This document shows positions 6,379 to 12,463 of a stretch of 12,463 nt of DNA, piece after piece. Location of the stretch: assembly GCA_035387745.1 (NCBI GenBank), contig DAOOON010000018.1:1-12463 (forward strand). Direction: 5' to 3'. Position 1 is the first letter of the stretch; every line of letters begins with the position of its first letter. The notes under the pieces are model-generated. The model did no database searches. It had not been told where the DNA came from and worked only from the letters and a program-made list of their open reading frames with translations. The position numbers were made by a program, and so were the translations under genes. This DNA comes from an archaeon. Lineage in GTDB: Archaea > Iainarchaeota > Iainarchaeia > Iainarchaeales > CSSED10-239.

Positions 6379-7942
6379 CTTAGAAAACATACCAAGTAGT
6401 CCTGGTTGTTATATCTATAAGGATGTCCTTGGTAAAGTTATCTATGTAGGAAAAGCAAAAAACCTAAAGAAAAGAGTATCTTCTTATTTCTTGAAGAAGG
6501 ATCACGACACAAAAACTCAAGCACTTGTCTCTAATATCTCTTCTGTGGATTTTATTGTAACTTCTAATGAGCTTGAAGCTCTTGTTCTTGAGAACAACCT
6601 AATCAAGAAATATATGCCAAAGTATAATATTGATTTAAAGACAGGGCAAAGATATGCTTATATCCAATTGACAAAGGAAACTTTCCCTCGTCTCTTGACC
6701 TTAAGAGAAAAACCAAGCGGGAAAGACTACAATGTCTTTGGGCCTTTTGTTTCTGGACAGAACAGATTAGAGACAATTAGGTTTCTTAACAAACAGTTTA
6801 AACTAAGAACATGTAAGAGACTTCCAAAAAAGCCATGCGTGAGATATCACATAGGTTATTGTTCTGCTCCTTGTATTAACAACATAACAAAAGAAGAATA
6901 TTCAAAGACAATTGACACAGTAAAGAAAATCCTTTCCGGAAAATCACAAGAACATCTCCCTGAGATGAAAAAAGAAATGGAAATCTATTCCAAGAGCCAA
7001 GATTTTGAAAAAGCCCTAACTCTTCGAGACCAAATCTCAGCAATCGAGTACCTTGCAGAGAAACAGAACATGGAAAGAAAGGTTAATTACGATCAAGACA
7101 TTATAAATTATGAAATTAGAGAAAACACAGCTTATGTTCTTCTCTTCAACATCGATAAAGGACTATTGATAAACAAAAAAGAATTTACTTTTGATTCATC
7201 TCTTGTGGATATTTCTGTTCTTGATGATTTTTTAATCAAGTACTATTCAAATAACCAAAAGACTTTGCCTCAAGAAATTATTCTTCCTGAAGAAATCTCC
7301 CTGACAACAAAAGAATATCTTGAAGGTTTGGCAAAAAAGAAAATCGCAATCACGATTCCAAAGATTGGAGAGAAAAAACAGCTTCTTGACTTGTGCTTTA
7401 AGAACATAGAGATTACTTTCTTTAGAAATATAAGTAAGGTCCAAGCACTTAAAGAAAAACTAAAACTAAAAACAGAACCACATGTCATTGAGTGTTTTGA
7501 TATTTCTCATCTTTCAGGAACCCTCACAGTTGGCTCAATGGTTACCTTTAGAGGTGGCGTCCCAGACAAAAGCAATTATCGTAGATTTAGAATTAAAACT
7601 CTTGAAAAAAATAAGATTGATGATTTCAAGGCAATTGCAGAAGTTGTAAGAAGAAGATATCTTAACCAAACAATGCCACTTCCAGACTTGATTGTCATTG
7701 ACGGAGGGAAAGGTCAGCTCTCCTCAGCAGTTGAGGTCCTCAAAGACCTGCGTGTCCAAAATAAAGTGCAAATTATCTCTCTTGCCAAGAGAGATGAAGA
7801 AATCTTTAGACCAGATAACCTGTTTCCACTCAAGCTAAACAAAAAAGACATCGCTCTTCTTCTCCTAGAAGAGATAAGAGACGAAGCACACAGATTTGCA
7901 ATCAACTATAATAAACTATTAAGAGGGAAGGAAATTAAATAA
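6371..7942 (+). CDS. uvrC: Excinuclease ABC subunit C (UvrC), apparently lacking the C-terminal (HhH)2 domain
   Basis: GIY-YIG block: PGCYIYKD..VIYVGKAKNLKKRVSSYF..ELEALVLENNLIKKYMPKYN. Cys cluster: CKRLPKKPCVRYHIGYCSAPC. UVR domain: QDFEKALTLRDQISAIEYL. RNase-H-like endonuclease block: IECFDISHLSG. RDEAHRFAI lies 12 residues before the stop. I chose the ATG at 6371 (MINLENIPSSPGCY) because canonical UvrC starts about 8-16 aa before PG-Y. The frame stays open upstream to ATGs at 6359 and 6323. Confidence 0.95.
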   Translation: MINLENIPSSPGCYIYKDVLGKVIYVGKAKNLKKRVSSYFLKKDHDTKTQALVSNISSVDFIVTSNELEALVLENNLIKKYMPKYNIDLKTGQRYAYIQLTKETFPRLLTLREKPSGKDYNVFGPFVSGQNRLETIRFLNKQFKLRTCKRLPKKPCVRYHIGYCSAPCINNITKEEYSKTIDTVKKILSGKSQEHLPEMKKEMEIYSKSQDFEKALTLRDQISAIEYLAEKQNMERKVNYDQDIINYEIRENTAYVLLFNIDKGLLINKKEFTFDSSLVDISVLDDFLIKYYSNNQKTLPQEIILPEEISLTTKEYLEGLAKKKIAITIPKIGEKKQLLDLCFKNIEITFFRNISKVQALKEKLKLKTEPHVIECFDISHLSGTLTVGSMVTFRGGVPDKSNYRRFRIKTLEKNKIDDFKAIAEVVRRRYLNQTMPLPDLIVIDGGKGQLSSAVEVLKDLRVQNKVQIISLAKRDEEIFRPDNLFPLKLNKKDIALLLLEEIRDEAHRFAINYNKLLRGKEIK

Positions 7943-7948
7943 CGATAA

Positions 7949-8470
7949 TTAATTTTTATTGTTAAATGATCTCCATTTATGGCCGTTTATTCTAGATGCT
8001 ATGTCCATTAAAGACCTTGATTCTTTTAATTCGAAAAAATACGGATTACATGGCGCGAATTGATTTATAAATCTAAATCTATCTAATTTATCGGCATCAC
8101 CAACTATTTTAGATTCTATTGGTTTAAACTCATCATTATAGTTTGGTGGTGGATGGTGTCTTACTATACAAGTATATACTAATTCTTTATTGCATTTTAT
8201 TTTATAATCATCTATGAATTTTAATGCTAATTCTGCTGAATTTATTGAGTGGTATGGGTCTTTTCCATTATTTTTTCTTCCACAATCGTGCAATAATGCC
8301 GAAATATTTATTGCATCAATATCTATATCTTTACCCTGCGAAACTAAATTTGCTAAACAATTAGAAAACAAAAGGGTTTTATTTGCATGTGCTCTTCCAT
8401 GAATCCCGACATCCATATCTATAAAGGGTTTGTTATTTATTATTTTATTTATTATATCTGCACTTTGCAT
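7949..8470 (-). CDS. HD-domain metal-dependent phosphohydrolase, substrate unknown
   Basis: 173 aa. The HD-superfamily ligands appear in canonical order: HGRAH, ALLHDCGR, VRHH, GDADKLDR. GGTGA lies 7 nt upstream of the ATG. The ATG directly abuts the stop codon of the upstream CAP-domain gene (TAAATG). Confidence 0.85.
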   Translation of the reverse strand: MQSADIINKIINNKPFIDMDVGIHGRAHANKTLLFSNCLANLVSQGKDIDIDAINISALLHDCGRKNNGKDPYHSINSAELALKFIDDYKIKCNKELVYTCIVRHHPPPNYNDEFKPIESKIVGDADKLDRFRFINQFAPCNPYFFELKESRSLMDIASRINGHKWRSFNNKN

Positions 8471-9385
8471 TTATTTTTCACCAGGTTGCTTTCCTACTGT
8501 TTCCCAAAATTGCAATCCGGCTTCTCCAGTATTACAACTCCAACTGCTTCCGCCTTGCCCAATAAACGAACAATATTGAGAATTACATGCTATTGCTCCT
8601 CTTTTATGACCCGAATACAATAAATTATATCTGTGTCCTCTACTATCCATCCAACTATCCACTGACTCTTTTTGATCAAAAAAATATGGGGAACTATATC
8701 CAAATAAATTTTCGGCAAATGAATCAGAAGAATAAGACAATCCATAATTCTTAGCATAACTGCCTACACATTTACCATCCGGATCTACATGATCAAAATA
8801 ATTCCTTTTTGACATATCATCAACTTTATATTTTGCTAAATCATAAATTTTATCATCCCAGGAGATTTCATTTACACCATTTTCTTTACGTAGTTCGTTT
8901 ATATAATCAAATGCAACTTTTGAATCATCTTCTGAATGAGCTATAGAATCTCCTGTAGACTCCAATATATTTTCACCGCTATTTACTATTGTTTTAATCA
9001 TATTTGTGGTTCCACTAAGTGTTTGTTTATCTGCAGATTTGGTTTCTACTCCGGTTATATAATGTTGAATTCCAGTTTTTTCAAAGACAGAACTTGAAAA
9101 ATAATGAGAAACAATAACTGCTGAAATTATTACAACTATTAAAACAATTATTTTACCTAATCGGGCTCTTCTATATAATAATTTGAAAATTAAATATAGT
9201 ATAATTGCAATAAGAACTAAAGACACAATTATCAAATTTTGTAAATAACCTTTATCATACAAACCAAAAAACAGAAAAATAAAGATAAACAATAAAATTA
9301 ATTTAAAAAATGTGTTCCCAACATATTCACACATATAATCTAATAAAATTTTAAATTTAGAACTATTAAATTTGTGTTGGTTCAT
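8471..9385 (-). CDS. Membrane-anchored CAP/SCP/PR-1 (YkwD-like) domain protein
   Basis: 304 aa. Three hydrophobic segments lie in the first ~95 aa: FFKLILLFIFIFLFFGLY, LIIVSLVLIAIILYLIF, IIVLIVVIISAVIV. CAP-domain blocks follow: INELRKENGV, NYFDHVDPDG, AENLFG, VDSWMDSRGHRYNLL. The C-terminal tail is Cys-rich (CNSQYCSFIGQGGSSWSC). Confidence 0.85.
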   Translation of the reverse strand: MNQHKFNSSKFKILLDYMCEYVGNTFFKLILLFIFIFLFFGLYDKGYLQNLIIVSLVLIAIILYLIFKLLYRRARLGKIIVLIVVIISAVIVSHYFSSSVFEKTGIQHYITGVETKSADKQTLSGTTNMIKTIVNSGENILESTGDSIAHSEDDSKVAFDYINELRKENGVNEISWDDKIYDLAKYKVDDMSKRNYFDHVDPDGKCVGSYAKNYGLSYSSDSFAENLFGYSSPYFFDQKESVDSWMDSRGHRYNLLYSGHKRGAIACNSQYCSFIGQGGSSWSCNTGEAGLQFWETVGKQPGEK

Positions 9386-9468
9386 ATTGATTATTTAATC
9401 AAAAACTTATTTAAATCTATTTTATCTTAAATTTGCCGTCGCCGATTCCAAACAAGGTGCCTTTCCCA

Positions 9469-9497
9469 TTTAAATATTATTAAAATACATTTCTAAA
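9469..9497 (+). repeat. Direct repeat copy A (TTTAAATATTATTAAAATACATTTCTAAA), duplicate of the uvrB promoter segment
   Basis: It matches 10117-10144 apart from one extra T (9478). The exact shared 19-mer ATTAAAATACATTTCTAAA lies at 9479-9497 and 10126-10144. Weaker similarity extends upstream (9451-9468 vs 10094-10116). It contains a TTTAAATA TATA-like box. Confidence 0.85.
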
Positions 9498-9504
9498 TAG
9501 CTAA

Positions 9505-9738
9505 CTATTTTAATAATTTAAAAAACTCTTCTTTGGTTATCCCTAAGTCTTTCTTTATTATCTTTAGAAGTAGCCCTGGTCTTATTGGTTCTGAACCGTG
9601 GTTTGGAATTGTTATTTTCTTGTGTTCTTCAAAATTAGTAAAGGTCATGTGACTTCCACTAGTGTGGTCATATTTATAACCTATTTTAACGATTATCTTT
9701 CCAAGTTCCTTACCAGTTAACAAAGGTAATTGTTTCAA
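9505..9738 (-). CDS. hicA: HicA-family toxin (YcfA-like mRNA interferase)
   Basis: 77 aa. The start is TTG; there is no in-frame ATG until residue 31. The pattern GKELGKIIVKIGY...GSHMTF......ITIPNHGSEPIRPGLLLKIIKKDLGI fits the HicA layout (G-x-E...G-[FY]...GSH..[FY]...[IV]P.H...[IL]..G.L..I). It begins 8 nt after the hicB stop codon. Confidence 0.85.
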   Translation of the reverse strand: MKQLPLLTGKELGKIIVKIGYKYDHTSGSHMTFTNFEEHKKITIPNHGSEPIRPGLLLKIIKKDLGITKEEFFKLLK

Positions 9739-9746
9739 AGAGGTCT

Positions 9747-9974
9747 TTACACCTTTAATTGTTGTATTCCTATAAAATTAGTAACTGGAACCTCTATCTT
9801 AGATTCAAGTAAATGACATTTAATTGCTTCTTTTGTTCTCTTAACTAGTTCGTCCATACTTTTTGCTTGAGAATAACAACCAGGTAATTCTAATACTTCA
9901 GCAATATACCAACCGTCTTTGTCTTTCTCAATAATTATATTATATGTAGTTAACATTTTTTTACCCTTCTTCAT
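9747..9974 (-). CDS. hicB: HicB-family antitoxin, short form (UPF0150-like domain only)
   Basis: YNIIIEKDKDGWYIAEVLELPGCYSQAKSMDELVKRTKEAIKCHL fits the HicB N-terminal domain pattern. The likely true start is the second ATG at 9956 (MLTTYNIII...), which is preceded by GAAGGG. No C-terminal DNA-binding extension is present. Confidence 0.85.
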   Translation of the reverse strand: MKKGKKMLTTYNIIIEKDKDGWYIAEVLELPGCYSQAKSMDELVKRTKEAIKCHLLESKIEVPVTNFIGIQQLKV

Positions 9975-10116
9975 ATAGTAATTAAACTAGTAAATACTTA
10001 AAAATATATGTAAATTATAATTTCACACCTATATAAATCTACTTCTTAGATTCTTTGGAATTATACTAAAAACAGTGTTTGGTTTTTCAAATATACAAAA
10101 GTCCTTTGTTTTTTCC

Positions 10117-10144
10117 TTTAAATATATTAAAATACATTTCTAAA
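10117..10144 (+). repeat. Direct repeat copy B (TTTAAATATATTAAAATACATTTCTAAA), probable uvrB core promoter (TATA-like box)
   Basis: See copy A. TTTAAATA lies at 10117-10124, about 40 nt upstream of the uvrB ATG. There is no Shine-Dalgarno sequence before uvrB, which is consistent with a very short leader. Confidence 0.8.
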
Positions 10145-10160
10145 CTTAATTATATATTGT
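10144..10160 (+). promoter_or_regulatory. 17-mer ACTTAATTATATATTGT ending 1 nt before the uvrB ATG; identical to the uvrA-upstream 17-mer
   Basis: Exact match to 2881-2897. It overlaps the last base of repeat copy B. The 45 nt preceding uvrB are therefore a mosaic of two elements that also occur elsewhere in the window. Confidence 0.55.
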
Positions 10161-10161
10161 C

Positions 10162-12096
10162 ATGAACAAATTTAAACTAGTTGCACCGTTTTCTCCAGAT
10201 GGAGATCAGCCTAGCGCAATTAAGCAGCTATCGGCAGGGCTAAAGAAGAAGTTTAAGAAGGTGCAGACTCTTATGGGAGTTACGGGCTCAGGAAAAAGTT
10301 TTACAATCAGTAATGTTATTGCTAACTATAATCGCCCGACCTTGGTTCTTGCCCACAACAAGACACTTGCTGCACAACTATACAATGAACTAAAGGATTT
10401 CTTTCCTGAAAATAAAGTAGAATATTTTGTTTCATATTATGATTATTATCAACCTGAAAGTTATATTCCACAAAAAGATCTTTACATTGAAAAAAACACA
10501 AAAATAAATGACAAGATTGAACAGATGAGATTGTCTGCAACAACTTCTCTTGTCTCAAGAAACGACGTCATTGTAGTTGCTTCTGTTTCTTGTATCTATG
10601 GCTTAGGAAACCCAGAAACTTTCAAAGAAAAAGGTTTTACTATTGAGAAAGGACAAAAGCTAAAAAGAACAGAACTATTAAGACAATTAATTGATATTCA
10701 ATTTGAAAGAAACGACATAGAACTAGAACCAGGAAGATTTAGAGTCAAAGGAGATGTTATTGATCTTTCTCCAGGATATACTCAAAATTTTATAAGAATA
10801 GAATTGTTTGGAGAAACTGTAGACAGAATTACAGAAATGGATAAAATTACAAATCTAAAGATAAGCGACTTTGATAAATTCTATGTTCACCCTGCTAAGC
10901 AGTTTGTTATTACTAAAGAGTCTCTTCAGCCTGCAATTGCTTCCATAAGAGAAGAACTAGAAGCAAGATTACCAGAACTACAAGAACTAGAAAGACATAG
11001 ATTAAAGCAAAGAACTAATTATGATATTGAGATGATAGAAGAAACAGGATATTGTAATGGCATAGAAAATTATTCTAGACACTTTGATGGAAGAAAAGCA
11101 GGAGAAAGACCTTTTTGTCTTCTTGATTACTTCCCTGATGATTTCCTTCTAGTTATTGATGAATCTCACCAGACAATACCACAACTACATGGAATGTATG
11201 CTGGAGACTATTCAAGAAAGAAAACTCTTGTTGATTATGGTTTTAGACTTCCTTCTGCTTATGATAATCGTCCATTAAAGTTTAAAGAATTTGAAAAGTT
11301 CATGGATGCCGTTATCTTTGTTTCTGCAACTCCTGCTGAGTATGAAACTAAACAATCTTTCCAAGTTGTTGAACAAATAATTAGACCAACAGGCCTTGTG
11401 GACCCTCCAGTATTTATTAAACCATCAAAGAACCAGATTGAAGACCTAACAGAAAATATTAGAAAAACTATAAAGAAAGGAAACAGATGTCTTGTTACTG
11501 CTCTAACAAAAAAGCTTGCAGAAGAACTTGCTGATTTCCTTTCTCGCCAAGGAATCAAAACTAGATATCTTCACTCAGAGATTAACACTCTTGAAAGAAC
11601 AGAGATTATTAGAGAGTTGAGACTTGGAAAGTTTGATGTTCTTGTAGGAATTAATCTTTTACGAGAAGGAATAGATATCCCTGAAGTTAGTTTTATTGGT
11701 ATCATTGATGCTGACAAAGAAGGTTTCTTAAGAGATCAAAGAAGCCTAATACAGATTATTGGAAGAGCAGCAAGAAACTCAGAATCATATGTTCATCTCT
11801 ATGCTGACAAGATGACTGAATCTATTAAAGGCGCAGTAAAGGAAACAGAAAGAAGAAGAAAGCTTCAATTGGATTACAATCAATCACATGGTATTATTCC
11901 AAAGACCATCATCAAGCCAATAAGAGAAAAAGAAATTGATGAAATTAAAGATATCTTACATATCCCAAAACCAGAAATACCAAACCTAATAATAGAACTA
12001 GAAAAGCAAATGGTTGAAGCTTCAGATAAACTTGATTTTGAAACTGCAATAAGGTTAAGAGATAAAGTAAAAGAACTAAAGAAAAGAGAAATTTAG
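10162..12096 (+). CDS. uvrB: Excinuclease ABC subunit B (UvrB)
   Basis: 644 aa. Motifs: FKLVAPFSPDGDQPSAI, Walker A GVTGSGKSF, YFVSYYDYYQPE, DESH box (VIDESHQT), helicase motifs LREGIDIPEVSFIGIIDADKEGFLR and QIIGRAARN, and the C-terminal UVR domain DFETAIRLRDKVKEL. Confidence 0.97.
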   Translation: MNKFKLVAPFSPDGDQPSAIKQLSAGLKKKFKKVQTLMGVTGSGKSFTISNVIANYNRPTLVLAHNKTLAAQLYNELKDFFPENKVEYFVSYYDYYQPESYIPQKDLYIEKNTKINDKIEQMRLSATTSLVSRNDVIVVASVSCIYGLGNPETFKEKGFTIEKGQKLKRTELLRQLIDIQFERNDIELEPGRFRVKGDVIDLSPGYTQNFIRIELFGETVDRITEMDKITNLKISDFDKFYVHPAKQFVITKESLQPAIASIREELEARLPELQELERHRLKQRTNYDIEMIEETGYCNGIENYSRHFDGRKAGERPFCLLDYFPDDFLLVIDESHQTIPQLHGMYAGDYSRKKTLVDYGFRLPSAYDNRPLKFKEFEKFMDAVIFVSATPAEYETKQSFQVVEQIIRPTGLVDPPVFIKPSKNQIEDLTENIRKTIKKGNRCLVTALTKKLAEELADFLSRQGIKTRYLHSEINTLERTEIIRELRLGKFDVLVGINLLREGIDIPEVSFIGIIDADKEGFLRDQRSLIQIIGRAARNSESYVHLYADKMTESIKGAVKETERRRKLQLDYNQSHGIIPKTIIKPIREKEIDEIKDILHIPKPEIPNLIIELEKQMVEASDKLDFETAIRLRDKVKELKKREI

Positions 12097-12134
12097 AAAT
12101 ATTTATATAATCTAATAAACAATAAATATTTACT

Positions 12135-12463
12135 ATGAAACTAGGATTACCAAGACTAGAGAAAGTTCAAAAATATATTACTTATGGAATTATACTTTCT
12201 TTAATAGTTGCTGTGGTTTTTGAAATAATTAATAAAAACCATGAGTTTCTTTTTATTACTGTTCTTTCTATAATCTTATGCTTAGTGCCTTTTTTTATTC
12301 AAAGAAGATATAAGATTCAGTTGCCTTCTGAAATACAATTAGCTACAGTATTATTTATTTATTCTGGAATCTTCTTAGGAGAAGTTAATAATTTCTATGT
12401 CAAGTATTGGTGGTGGGATTCATTACTTCACACCTTCTCTGGATTTGCTTTGGGCCTTGTAGT
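12135..12463 (+). CDS. Partial CDS (5' part; runs off the right edge): multi-pass membrane protein, family unassigned
   Basis: Translated by hand from the ATG at 12135: MKLGLPRLEKVQKYITYGIILSLIVAVVFEIINKNHEFLFITVLSIILCLVPFFIQRRYKIQLPSEIQLATVLFIYSGIFLGEVNNFYVKYWWWDSLLHTFSGFALGLV... The frame is open to the window end and contains at least three hydrophobic helices. Confidence 0.6.
   Translation, partial: MKLGLPRLEKVQKYITYGIILSLIVAVVFEIINKNHEFLFITVLSIILCLVPFFIQRRYKIQLPSEIQLATVLFIYSGIFLGEVNNFYVKYWWWDSLLHTFSGFALGLV

Noticed and set aside
7943-7948. uvrC and the HD gene converge with only 6 nt between their stop codons and no terminator structure.
   Set aside because: This is real in the sequence but expected for highly compacted genomes. 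On its own it is not evidence of a functional antisense interaction. It is noted under the CAP-HD finding.
9431-9467. A GC-richer island (TTTGCCGTCGCCGATTCCAAACAAGGTGCCTTTCCC) in the AT-rich spacer between the CAP gene start and repeat copy A. I checked it for tRNA-like or hairpin structure and for ORF remnants.
   Set aside because: I found no convincing stem-loop, no cloverleaf, and only a stop-bounded ~17-codon reading frame on the minus strand. Part of it belongs to the degenerate upstream extension of the promoter duplication. There is not enough evidence to call a feature.
1-12463. I scanned for CRISPR arrays, tRNA/rRNA genes, IS elements, integrases, inteins and group II intron-like ORFs.
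   Set aside because: I found no regularly spaced repeat array, no cloverleaf-compatible GC-rich segment, and no transposase or integrase-like ORF. UvrA, UvrB and UvrC have lengths consistent with intein-free proteins.

Overview
AT-rich, tightly packed prokaryotic locus with short spacers and abutting or overlapping genes. It looks like a small-genome uncultured lineage. I cannot separate a DPANN-type archaeon from a CPR-type bacterium by eye. TTTAAATA boxes about 25-45 nt upstream of several start codons, an archaeal-looking RHH antitoxin and the clustering of all three uvr genes lean archaeal. The backbone is a complete UvrABC nucleotide-excision-repair set on the + strand: uvrA 2943-5780, uvrC 6371-7942, uvrB 10162-12096. 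Accessory modules interrupt it three times. (1) A RelE/ParE-type toxin-antitoxin pair sits between uvrA and uvrC on the same strand, and the toxin stop overlaps the uvrC start. (2) A minus-strand pair abuts with no spacer: a membrane-anchored CAP/SCP-domain protein and an HD phosphohydrolase. (3) A minus-strand hicB-hicA module is bracketed by a ~29-nt direct repeat that duplicates the uvrB promoter region. Upstream of uvrA lies a Bro-N/DinD-like gene bracketed by GC-rich palindromic elements. Further left is a minus-strand cluster: a DUF3419/BtaA-like SAM-fold protein, a HIT hydrolase and the 5' end of a possibly MazG-like gene. An exact 17-mer is shared by the uvrA and uvrB upstream regions. 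I saw no rRNA, tRNA, CRISPR array, transposase or integrase. All family assignments come from motif recognition by eye, not from searches.
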